Below are positions 14,925 through 22,417 of a stretch of 22,417 bases of DNA, one piece after another (position 1 is the stretch's first letter; each line of letters opens with the position of its first letter). The DNA lies in the NCBI GenBank assembly GCA_015520425.1, contig WAQC01000064.1, positions 1-22,417 on the forward strand. Direction: 5' to 3'. The position numbers and the translations under genes are program-made. This DNA is from Candidatus Pelearchaeum sp. (GTDB taxonomy: Archaea > Thermoproteota > Nitrososphaeria_A > Caldarchaeales > Caldarchaeaceae). The notes beneath the pieces are model-generated. The model worked only from the letters and a program-made list of their open reading frames with translations. It had not been told where the DNA came from and ran no database searches.

Positions 14925-16265
14925 CTATTTTTGTAGGAGCTGTTTCGGAAGCTTCCACTGAGCTCTCTTCAGGCTCTTCATCATCTTCTTTGACATCTGG
15001 TAGTTCTTCAGCAGCTCCTTAACATCGCGTTCAAGCGTCCCAGAGCCACGTGCTATTCTGCGTGCGCGTGAGTCGTCTATTATGCTTGGGTTGGCCTTCT
15101 CCTCCTGCGTCATGGATTGTAGGATTGCGGTCCATTTCTTGATGCGCTCCTCCGCCTTCTCCAGCTCCTCTTCAGGGAGGTCTGCCATACCAGGTATAGG
15201 CAGCTTGGAGAGTATCTTCCGTAGGGGGCCGAGCTTGCGCATGTCGCGGAGCTGGTTAACCATATCCTCTAGGGTGAACCTCCCGCTCATCAGCGCCTTT
15301 ATTCTCTCCTCGCTTGTCTCCAGCTCGGCCAGCTTGACACGCTCAACTAGGCTCTCTATGTCTGGCATTCCGAGGAGCGAGGCTATGTAGCTTGATGGGT
15401 TGAAGGACTCAAAGTCTTCTACGCTCTCGCCAACGCCTATGAACTTCACTTTAGCGCCTGTTGCTGCCACCGCTGAGAGCGCTCCACCGCCTTTCGCCGA
15501 GGTGTCCAGCTTGGTGATTATTATTGAGCCGAAGCGTGTTGCTTTGTGGAAAGCCTCCGCGTGTGCGCTGGCCTGCTGGCCTATCGTCCCGTCTATAACC
15601 AGCATGGCTTCATCAGGCTTGATTGCCCGCTCCATCTCGCGCATCTCCCGCATCAGGGACTCCTGCTCCTTGTGCCGTCCTGCCGTGTCTATGATTATCA
15701 CGTCTAGGTTCTGTTTCTTAAGCTCCTCAACACCTCTACGCGCTATCCCCACAGCGTCATCCGAGCCTGGCTCTCCGTATAGCGGTATCTGACGCGGCTC
15801 CAGGAGCTGCCTCAACTGCTCATATGCGCCTGGCCTATAGGTGTCGGCGCATACAACCCCAACCCTATAGCCGTTCTTCTTCAAGTAGTTGGCAAGCTTG
15901 GCCGCTGTCGTGGTCTTCCCAGAGCCCTGAATACCCAAGAGCATGATAACATACGGATGCTTACCGCCTGTGGTGAATTTGGGCGGCCTCTCACCTAGGA
16001 GCGCGGTAAGCTCCTCATACACTATCTTGATTATCTGCTCCTTCCTGCTTATCCCCTGCGGCAGCTTCTCCTCCAGCGCGCGCCGCCTAATCTTGTCCGA
16101 GAGCTCCTGAACCAGCTCAACGCGGACATCCCCCATTATGAGGCCGCGCTGAATACCCCTAACAAGCTCCTCCACAGCCCTCTGGTCAGCCCCTGGGCCT
16201 GCGAGGAACTTGCTTATCGCGTCTTTAATCGCCTTGCCTATAGCCATCTGAGGGCTCAATCCCAC
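14925..16265 (-). CDS. srp54: Signal recognition particle protein SRP54
   Basis: G-domain motifs GIQGSGKTTT, DTAGR and TKLD, GGALS, and a C-terminal Met-rich M domain. The track start is GTG 16265. The in-frame ATG at 16247 (MAIGKAIKDAISKFL) aligns better with known archaeal SRP54 N-termini. TATA-like CTTTAATA lies at 16294->16287. Confidence 0.96.
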   Translation of the reverse strand: MGLSPQMAIGKAIKDAISKFLAGPGADQRAVEELVRGIQRGLIMGDVRVELVQELSDKIRRRALEEKLPQGISRKEQIIKIVYEELTALLGERPPKFTTGGKHPYVIMLLGIQGSGKTTTAAKLANYLKKNGYRVGVVCADTYRPGAYEQLRQLLEPRQIPLYGEPGSDDAVGIARRGVEELKKQNLDVIIIDTAGRHKEQESLMREMREMERAIKPDEAMLVIDGTIGQQASAHAEAFHKATRFGSIIITKLDTSAKGGGALSAVAATGAKVKFIGVGESVEDFESFNPSSYIASLLGMPDIESLVERVKLAELETSEERIKALMSGRFTLEDMVNQLRDMRKLGPLRKILSKLPIPGMADLPEEELEKAEERIKKWTAILQSMTQEEKANPSIIDDSRARRIARGSGTLERDVKELLKNYQMSKKMMKSLKRAQWKLPKQLLQK

Positions 16266-16360
16266 CTCTCCAACCTATGCTGGCAGTATTAAAGTTAGGA
16301 CTTATAATCACGCGGGTAAAACCTTATTCCATACCCACGCGCCAATAGCTCTAGGGGAGG

Positions 16361-17545
16361 ATGCCCACTCCGCTCGCGGCGTCGTTTCTCACCGTAGCTC
16401 TTCTCCTACTAGCTTACCAAACCCCATACGCCATAAACGCCCCCATGAATGATGGGGATGTTGATGTTGTGATAATAACGCCATATGGCGTCGTTTTCAA
16501 CCTAACAGCAATAGACGGCGCGCTTGAAATGAGCCGCCTCGTAAGTGGAGTCTATAGCATAACAGCCTACTGGATGAATATACCCGTAGGGTTTTTCGCG
16601 GTAGAGCTAAGTGGGGGAAATAAAGCCGTTGCCGCGCGGCTAGCCATCATATCGCCCAGCATACAGCTCATAGACCTTGAGAGCAGACCACTAAACCAGG
16701 CCATAATACGCTATACAGGCCCAGCGGGCATAGCTGGGGAGATAAAAACAACAGGCGGAACAGCCGTCCTGCCACCACTACCAGCAACAGTACAATACAC
16801 TATACAAATCATATGGCAATCACCAGCGTACAAAACCGAGAGCAGCAAAACCATAAGGACATCGCTAGACGGCCTAGATAGGCTGGGAAGAATAAGGCTC
16901 CCTGTAGGCGACGTGTTGTTAAAGGTTGTGGATACTATGGGAAGGCCCATAGCTGGAGCCACTGTATTCCTGAACGAGGTAAAAGCAACAACAGACGCGA
17001 AAGGCAGGGCTTTCTTCGCGCAAGTCCCCCTAGAGAGCGATGGGAAGCCCATAGATTATAGGGTTACCGTAAGAGATGGGGGAGAAATACTCTTTGACGA
17101 TTTCGTGAGGCTTTCAACAACTAGGTCTGAGGTAACAATCGTCGTAGGGCTGCGCGACCTCTCAATATTCGTCAGAGGCTCCGCTGGCCAGCCACTAGCC
17201 CATGCAATCATCAAGCTATATAGAGAAGATAACCTAGTAGCGGTAAAAGCAGCCGACAGGTCGGGCTTCGCCAAGTTGGAGCAACTAGTCCCAGCGGAAT
17301 ATAAGCTGGAAGTGGATTGGCGCGGCTATACGGCGCAGAGAAGCATATCACGGGAAGAGCTCATGGCTGGGCGGCCAATAATGATAACCCTACCACCCTA
17401 CATAGAGATACTAGGAATCCCACTGACGTTTGAGATGTTCATAGCTTTCTTAGCTGGAACTATAGCGTTGATAATACTCCTAGCCCTAGGAGTTATAGAG
17501 CTCCTGCTATGGCGCGGCAGGAGGCTTGGAATCTACCGCGCATAA
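16361..17545 (+). CDS. Secreted, C-terminally anchored protein with tandem carboxypeptidase-regulatory-like (transthyretin/Ig-like) beta-sandwich repeats
   Basis: Signal peptide MPTPLAASFLTVALLLLAYQTPYAINA. There are two clear repeats, GRPIAGATVFLNEVKATTDAKGRAFFAQVP...YRVTV and GQPLAHAIIKLYREDNLVAVKAADRSGFAKLEQLVPAEYKLEVDWRGY, and one or two weaker N-terminal copies. C-terminal TM helix FIAFLAGTIALIILLALGVIELLLW followed by RGRRLGIYRA. Confidence 0.8.
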   Translation: MPTPLAASFLTVALLLLAYQTPYAINAPMNDGDVDVVIITPYGVVFNLTAIDGALEMSRLVSGVYSITAYWMNIPVGFFAVELSGGNKAVAARLAIISPSIQLIDLESRPLNQAIIRYTGPAGIAGEIKTTGGTAVLPPLPATVQYTIQIIWQSPAYKTESSKTIRTSLDGLDRLGRIRLPVGDVLLKVVDTMGRPIAGATVFLNEVKATTDAKGRAFFAQVPLESDGKPIDYRVTVRDGGEILFDDFVRLSTTRSEVTIVVGLRDLSIFVRGSAGQPLAHAIIKLYREDNLVAVKAADRSGFAKLEQLVPAEYKLEVDWRGYTAQRSISREELMAGRPIMITLPPYIEILGIPLTFEMFIAFLAGTIALIILLALGVIELLLWRGRRLGIYRA

Positions 17546-17586
17546 TTTAAAGCCCAGCCGACGCCGCAAACAACCGCTGAGCGGAA

Positions 17587-18510
17587 ATGAAAATACTCAT
17601 AACAGGCTCAGAGGGCTTCATCGGCAAGCACCTAACAGAATACCTAGACTCAAGGGGCTACAGCATTATACGCGTGGATAAAGCCCAGACAGCTGAGATA
17701 AGGATAGACCTAACCGAGCCCGAAGCGGTTTTTAATAGATTGGGAGAGTATTCTTTTGACGCGATAGTTCATCTAGCAGCTATAGCAGACATACCAGCCA
17801 CGCTCAAAGACCCCTACGCATGCTATCGCGTCAACTGCTTCGGCACGCTTAACATGCTTGAGCTGGCAGCACGCAAGGCTGTGAGCCGCTTCATCTACCT
17901 ATCCTCAGCCAACTACTATGGAGCGCCCAACAAGGTTCCCGTAGCTGAGGAAGACCCACCAAACCCCAGAACACCATACGACTACTCCAAAGTCATAGGC
18001 GAGCAACTCGTGGAGAGCTACCACAAGCATAAAGGCCTGCCCACAACGGTACTTAGGCCATGGAAGACCTTCGGCGAATACGAGCAGGAGAACAAGGTTG
18101 TCCCCCGCTTTATTAAGGCATGCCTCATAGGCGAGCCGATACCGCTTTACAACGAGGGACGCGACGCAACAGACCCATACCACGTAGAGAACCTATGCTA
18201 TGCAATAGAGCTATGCCTCACAAAAGAAGAGGCGGTAGGCAAGGCGTATAACGTTGGAACGGGGAACAGAGTAACTATACGCGAGCTGGCGGAGATAATA
18301 AAAAGACTAACAAACTCAACATCAGCCCTCCAGCCCCTCCCACCAAGAACAAAAGAAGAAGAAAAACCCCAAGTAAGCATCCCCTCAATACAAAAAATAA
18401 CAAAAGAACTAAACTACCAGCCAAAACTAACCCTAGAACAAGGACTAAACAGAGTCATACAACACATAAAAACTAAAACCTTTAAGAAAAACCAAGACAA
18501 ACAACTATAG
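17587..18510 (+). CDS. NAD-dependent nucleotide-sugar epimerase/dehydratase (extended SDR)
   Basis: Rossmann motif ITGSEGFIGKHL (GxxGxxG), catalytic YDYSK (YxxxK), an SSANYYG block, and 307 aa length. Confidence 0.92.
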   Translation: MKILITGSEGFIGKHLTEYLDSRGYSIIRVDKAQTAEIRIDLTEPEAVFNRLGEYSFDAIVHLAAIADIPATLKDPYACYRVNCFGTLNMLELAARKAVSRFIYLSSANYYGAPNKVPVAEEDPPNPRTPYDYSKVIGEQLVESYHKHKGLPTTVLRPWKTFGEYEQENKVVPRFIKACLIGEPIPLYNEGRDATDPYHVENLCYAIELCLTKEEAVGKAYNVGTGNRVTIRELAEIIKRLTNSTSALQPLPPRTKEEEKPQVSIPSIQKITKELNYQPKLTLEQGLNRVIQHIKTKTFKKNQDKQL

Positions 18511-18518
18511 AAGACCAC

Positions 18519-18590
18519 GGGCCGGTAGATCAGCGGAAGATCGCCCGCCTTGCACGCGGGAGGTCCGGGGTTCAAATCCCCGCCGGTCCA
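18519..18590 (+). tRNA. tRNA-Ala (anticodon UGC), no intron, CCA not encoded
   Basis: GGGCCGG-TA-GATC-AGCGGAA-GATC-G-CCCGC-CTTGCAC-GCGGG-AGGTC-CGGGG-TTCAAAT-CCCCG-CCGGTCC-A folds into a cloverleaf by eye. Anticodon loop CT-TGC-AC. The G3:U70 alanine identity pair is present. The gene starts 8 nt after the epimerase stop. A TTTAAG box at 18481-18486 inside the epimerase 3' end could be its TATA element. Confidence 0.96.
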
Positions 18591-18740
18591 TAATAATGTT
18601 AAGCCACGGTTTGCACGCCCTGTGCTGGTGTGCTGTTTCTAGTCCAAGGGTTCTCTTTTAGGGCTTTGTTTTGAATCCCTGGTGTTTTCATTTGAGAGTA
18701 TATTATTAAAATAGGGCGTTGGCTTTGGTGTGTTGGATGT

Positions 18741-19187
18741 ATGGCTGCGTTTAGCGATGAGCGTATTGCTAGGATTTTGAAATCTAGAGGTCTTAAGGTA
18801 ACGCCTCAGCGCTTGGCTGTGGCTCAGGCTTTTACCAAGCTGAACCACCCGACGGCCGAGGAGATTTTCAGGTTTTTGGAGAAGGAGCATCCCTACATAG
18901 GTTTGGCAACAATCTATCGGACGTTGAAGCTGTTTATAAAAACGGGCCTTGTGAAGGAGCTTAGCTTCCCAAACATCGGTACGCGCTATGACATAAATCT
19001 GGAGCCGCATATAAACGTTGTCTGCGTCAAATGCGGAGCTATAGAAGATGTTGAGAATGAGGAGATTAATAAAATTATGAGGCGTTTCGCCAATGATGGT
19101 TATGAAATTGTCGGGTGCAGGTTTGAGGTTAGCATTTATTGTGATGATTGTAAGGCTAGGCGGCTTAAGCGTAGCAGGAGGCGTTAG
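18741..19187 (+). CDS. Fur-family metalloregulator (PerR-like role plausible from context)
   Basis: wHTH LKVTPQRLAVAQAFTKLNHPTAEEIFRFL...GLATIYRTLKLFIKTGLV, and a structural Cys4 site CVKC ... CDDC. It lies directly upstream of a Mn-catalase gene. Confidence 0.88.
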   Translation: MAAFSDERIARILKSRGLKVTPQRLAVAQAFTKLNHPTAEEIFRFLEKEHPYIGLATIYRTLKLFIKTGLVKELSFPNIGTRYDINLEPHINVVCVKCGAIEDVENEEINKIMRRFANDGYEIVGCRFEVSIYCDDCKARRLKRSRRR

Positions 19188-19230
19188 CGATATTTTCTAG
19201 TTGTTTGGACTGTTTGCCTTTCTATCATAT

Positions 19231-19267
19231 TTGAAAATTTTTCTCAATTGATAATAATTCTTAAATA
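19231..19267 (+). promoter_or_regulatory. Catalase promoter: imperfect inverted repeat, Fur-box-like GATAAT element and TATA box
   Basis: TTGAAAA-TTT-TTCTCAA (19231-19247; 7-3-7 with one mismatch). An 8-bp palindrome TCAATTGA at 19244-19251. TTGATAATAATTC (19248-19260) contains the GATAAT hexamer of classical Fur boxes. TTAAATA at 19261-19267 lies 34 nt upstream of ATG 19301. Confidence 0.4.
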
Positions 19268-19300
19268 CCCTACAAAACCAAACCCCACGAGGCTGGAAAA

Positions 19301-20221
19301 ATGTACTTGAGAATAGATAAGCTGCAGGTTGAGCTGCCTATACCCGAAGAACCCGACCCGAAGGCGGCCGCGGCCTTGCAGGAGCTTCTGGGTGGGAGAT
19401 TCGGCGAGATGTCAACGCTGATGAACTATACATACCAGTCGTTTAATTTCCGCGGTAGGCAGAAGATTCGGCCTTACTATGATTTGATTGCGAATATAGC
19501 TACTGAGGAGCTGGCTCATATAGAGTATGTCGCGACAGGCATTAATCTACTCCTTAATGGTGCTGCCAAGCGTGAGAAGCCTAGTGGAACGCCTTTGGCT
19601 GCTGGGCTAGACGCGCCTAATAAGTACCAGTTCCTGCCTATGGGCTTGGGCTCGGTTGTGGGTAACTCTATGGGCGCTTTCTGGACTGGTGAGTACGTTT
19701 TCGCCAGCGGGAACCTGGTCTTAGACCTTCTGCACAACTTCTTCCTAGAATGTGGTGCTAGACTTCTGAAGATTAGGGTATACCAGATGACCGCCAACCC
19801 TGTGGTTAGGGCGATAGCTGGCTATGGTCTGGTTAGAGGCGGGGTGCATGCTACTGCCTACGCGAAGGCTTTAGAGAGTCTTACAGGTGTTGAGATGACT
19901 AAGCTACTGCCCATACCGAAGATAGACAACTCGCAGTTTCCAGAGACGATAAAGTATGAGAAGCAGGGCCTACATAGGATACTGTACCGCTTCAGCCCAG
20001 AGGATTATAGGGAGCTCTCGCAGATATGGCGCGGGATGGCTCCGACTGGCGATGGTGAGCTTATAGTTGTTGACGGCCCTCCAGAGGGCTTCCCGATACC
20101 AGACCTCCCAGAGGTCCCAGAGACGTACGCGCCAGAATTTGACCCAGAAGAGCTGGCTAGCAGGGCGAAGCGTTTCTCTGAGGAGCTGGAGAAAGCACAG
20201 CGTAGGATGCGGGAGAAATAA
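19301..20221 (+). CDS. Manganese (non-haem, di-Mn) catalase
   Basis: The N-terminus LQELLGGRFGEMSTLMNYTYQSFNFRG and the IATEELAHIEYVA block are the di-metal-ligating helices of Mn catalases. Size is 306 aa. Confidence 0.93.
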   Translation: MYLRIDKLQVELPIPEEPDPKAAAALQELLGGRFGEMSTLMNYTYQSFNFRGRQKIRPYYDLIANIATEELAHIEYVATGINLLLNGAAKREKPSGTPLAAGLDAPNKYQFLPMGLGSVVGNSMGAFWTGEYVFASGNLVLDLLHNFFLECGARLLKIRVYQMTANPVVRAIAGYGLVRGGVHATAYAKALESLTGVEMTKLLPIPKIDNSQFPETIKYEKQGLHRILYRFSPEDYRELSQIWRGMAPTGDGELIVVDGPPEGFPIPDLPEVPETYAPEFDPEELASRAKRFSEELEKAQRRMREK

Positions 20222-20237
20222 TCAGCCCACTTCTTCC

Positions 20238-20257
20238 AAAAATTTTTCTTTATTTGT
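20238..20257. terminator. Bidirectional oligo-T terminator region between convergent catalase and aconitase genes
   Basis: AAAAATTTTT (20238-20247) gives a T5 run on both strands. It is followed by CTTTATTTGTTTATTT on the + strand. Archaeal RNAP terminates at oligo-T tracts. The whole spacer is only 36 nt. Confidence 0.4.
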
Positions 20258-22417
20258 TTATTTGGCTAATCTTCTTAGGACGTACTGTAGTATTCCTCCG
20301 TGTTTGTAGTATTCTATTTCTATTGGTGTGTCTAGTCTTGCTATTGTTGTGAATGTTATCTTTGTTCCGTCTTCGCGTGTTGCTGTTACTTTGAGTTTCT
20401 TTCTTGGTGTTAGGCCGTCTGCTATTCCCTCTATATCATATGTCTCGTGTCCTGTTAGTCCTAGTGATTTCCAGCTCTGGCCTTCTTCAAACTGTAGTGG
20501 TAGGACACCCATTCCGACTAGGTTGCTTCTGTGTATTCTCTCGTAGCTCTCTGCTATCACCGCTCTAACTCCTAGGAGGCGTGTTCCTTTCGCAGCCCAG
20601 TCGCGTGAGCTTCCCGCGCCGTACTGCTTTCCTGCCAGGATTATGAGCGGTGTGCGCTGCTGCATGTAGCGCATAGCGGCGTCATAAACGGGCATGACCT
20701 CCCCAGTTGGGTGGTAGAGCGTCCACCAGCCCTCCTTATCAGGGACAAGCTGGTTCCTTAGCCTGATGTTGGCGAATGTTCCCCGTATCATGACCTCATG
20801 ATTGCCGCGCCTCGCGCCGTATGTGTTGAAATCAACTGGGTCCACGCCCATGTCTATGAGGTATTTTCCAGCAGGGCTCGCTGGAGGTATTGCGCCTGCT
20901 GGGGATATGTGGTCTGTGGTTACCCTGTCTCCAAGCAGCACCAGTACTCGTGCTCCCTTTATGTCTGTTAGAGGCGGCGGCTCCAGCGTGATGTCAATGA
21001 AGAATGGGGGCTCGCGTATGTATGTTGAGCGCGCGTCCCACTCGTATATCTCGCCTCTTGGGGACTCTAGACTCTCCCAACGCTCATCACCTCTAAAGAC
21101 ATCAGCATATTTACGCTTGAACATCTCTGGGTCTAGAGACTTATTGATGGTCTCTTTGATTTCTTCCATGCTGGGCCATATGTCGCGTAGGTAGACTGGT
21201 TTGCCGTTTTTATCGCTTCCTATAGGCTCGTTGAGCAGGTCTATATCCATACGTCCAGCTAGGCCGTAGGCAACAACCAAGATGGGCGACATTAGGAAGC
21301 TGGCCCTGACAAGGGGATGTATTCTGCCTTCAAAGTTTCTATTACCGCTTAGGACAGCAACGGTGTAGAGGTCGTTATCCTTTATCGCCTTAGCTATCGC
21401 TTCGGGGAGAGGGCCGCTATTACCTATGCACGTTGTACACCCATAGCCGACGACATTATACCTAAGACTCTCTAGATACTTGATTAAGCCTGCTTTCTCA
21501 AGATATTCTGTCACAACAGTAGAGCCTGGCGCTAGGCTTGTCTTGACGTAGGGCTTCATGTGTAGGCCTTTTTCTACTGCTTTCTTTGCTAGGAGGCCAG
21601 CGCCTATCATTACTGCGGGGTTTGATGTGTTTGTGCAGCTTGTTATGGCTGATATGACTACCGCCCCATGCGTTATCTCCGTCTCTTCACCATCTACACG
21701 AAGCTTAACGCTGGGTAGCCCTACTCTGCGGGCTACAGACTGGGTTCCAGCCGCTCCCCCTCCCTCGTAAAACCAGATGTGGTCGTTCTCCACCTCAACG
21801 GACACGCCTCTCTGCTTAAGGTAGCTGCTCATTATCTCAATAAACCGCTTCTTCGCCTCGCGTAGGGGTATCCTATCCTCTGGGTTGGCTGGCCCAGCTA
21901 TTGAGGGCTCAACCTCACCCATATCCAGCTCTATGACAGCGCTATACCTCGGCTCGCTGGCCTCGTCGTAGAAGAGAGACTGGGCCTTGGCGTATTTCTC
22001 AACGAGCTTGATGTGCTGCTCCTCGCGGCCTGTGAGCCTGAGGTAGGATATTGTCTCCTCATCTACGGGGAAGAACCCGACTGTGGCACCGTACTCTGGG
22101 GCCATGTTGGCTACGGTGGCTCTATCTGCTATGCTTAGCTTCTTGAGACCTGGGCCGTAGTATTCAACGAACTTGCCGACAACGCCGTGTTTTCTGAGCT
22201 TCTCGGTTATTGTCAGCACTAGGTCTGTGGCTGTTGAGCCTCGTGGTAGCTCGCCGTCAAGCCTTACCCCCACAACCTCTGGGATGGGCATGTAGTATGG
22301 CTGGCCCAGCATGACAGCCTCTGCCTCAATACCGCCGACACCCCAGCCAAGGACACCCAGCGCATTAACCATAGGGGTATGCGAGTCCGTCCCAAGCAGG
22401 GTGTCGGGAAAAGCAAC
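20258..22417 (-). CDS. acnA: Aconitate hydratase (AcnA/IRP type), C-terminal ~719 aa; 5' end outside the window
   Basis: The reading frame stays open past the track's internal Met at 22372 to the window edge ([34 protein letters not shown]). Fe-S ligand contexts [10 protein letters not shown] and [11 protein letters not shown], and the C-terminal swivel-domain block [12 protein letters not shown], are present. Confidence 0.96.
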   Translation of the reverse strand, partial: VAFPDTLLGTDSHTPMVNALGVLGWGVGGIEAEAVMLGQPYYMPIPEVVGVRLDGELPRGSTATDLVLTITEKLRKHGVVGKFVEYYGPGLKKLSIADRATVANMAPEYGATVGFFPVDEETISYLRLTGREEQHIKLVEKYAKAQSLFYDEASEPRYSAVIELDMGEVEPSIAGPANPEDRIPLREAKKRFIEIMSSYLKQRGVSVEVENDHIWFYEGGGAAGTQSVARRVGLPSVKLRVDGEETEITHGAVVISAITSCTNTSNPAVMIGAGLLAKKAVEKGLHMKPYVKTSLAPGSTVVTEYLEKAGLIKYLESLRYNVVGYGCTTCIGNSGPLPEAIAKAIKDNDLYTVAVLSGNRNFEGRIHPLVRASFLMSPILVVAYGLAGRMDIDLLNEPIGSDKNGKPVYLRDIWPSMEEIKETINKSLDPEMFKRKYADVFRGDERWESLESPRGEIYEWDARSTYIREPPFFIDITLEPPPLTDIKGARVLVLLGDRVTTDHISPAGAIPPASPAGKYLIDMGVDPVDFNTYGARRGNHEVMIRGTFANIRLRNQLVPDKEGWWTLYHPTGEVMPVYDAAMRYMQQRTPLIILAGKQYGAGSSRDWAAKGTRLLGVRAVIAESYERIHRSNLVGMGVLPLQFEEGQSWKSLGLTGHETYDIEGIADGLTPRKKLKVTATREDGTKITFTTIARLDTPIEIEYYKHGGILQYVLRRLAK

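Noticed and set aside
18593-18740. Possible replication origin in the spacer after tRNA-Ala, because the strand-composition flip occurs here
   Set aside because: The spacer is only 148 bp. I could not find ORB or mini-ORB-like repeats (CCAGTGGAAAC-type) or a flanked A/T-rich unwinding element, and no orc1/cdc6 or whiP gene is in the window. Only the compositional flip is reported, not an origin call.
18639-19010. 123-aa minus-strand ORF overlapping the fur-like gene and its promoter
   Set aside because: It has no recognisable motif. It overlaps a gene with clear Fur-family features on the other strand and runs through the intergenic A/T box.
19192-19200. ATTTTCTAG recurs here and as the left half of the 3090-3103 palindrome, hinting at a shared regulator
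   Set aside because: A single extra 9-mer match in A/T-rich intergenic DNA is weak evidence. The second site lacks the dyad partner and sits in the T-rich region that probably terminates the fur-like gene.
18560-22417. Integrated element using tRNA-Ala as an attachment site
   Set aside because: I looked by eye for a downstream direct repeat of the tRNA 3' half (GGTTCAAATCCCCGCCGGTCCA) and found none. No integrase or other mobile-element gene is present. Only a weak horizontal-acquisition hypothesis is kept for the Fur-catalase pair.

Overview
Gene-dense chromosomal segment (roughly 90% coding) from an archaeon, probably a hyperthermophilic crenarchaeote of Thermoprotei/Desulfurococcales type. 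The basis is archaea-specific informational genes (L10e, L21e, Rpo4/RpoF, DUF655, Pus10, SRP54, Mre11-Rad50), many TTG/GTG starts, ATA/CTA/AGG-rich codon usage, TATA-type promoters, GGTGA/GGAGG Shine-Dalgarno boxes and oligo-T terminators. I call 20 large CDS (two cut by the window edges), one small ORF missing from the track, and one tRNA-Ala(UGC). I see no transposase, integrase, CRISPR array, rRNA or recognisable defence or toxin-antitoxin genes, so most of the window is ordinary housekeeping DNA. Five things stand out. (1) At 1.1-4.6 kb a membrane-tethered ArsR-type wHTH regulator, with a LOG/SLOG-like gene behind it, faces a 640-aa secreted, acidic, Thr/Glu-rich coiled-coil surface protein across a promoter region holding a perfect 14-bp palindrome. 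This is my best candidate for an undescribed envelope-regulation module. (2) Strand composition flips sign abruptly at the tRNA-Ala locus, from about 80% A+C to about 70% G+T on the + strand, independent of gene orientation. (3) A Fur-family regulator with a reduced His motif and a Mn-catalase sit next to that tRNA, with Fur-box-like symmetry over the catalase TATA box. (4) mre11-rad50 lacks the usual herA/nurA partners. (5) There is an orphan tandem SagB/nitroreductase pseudo-dimer. All functional calls come from motifs read by eye; no database search was possible.
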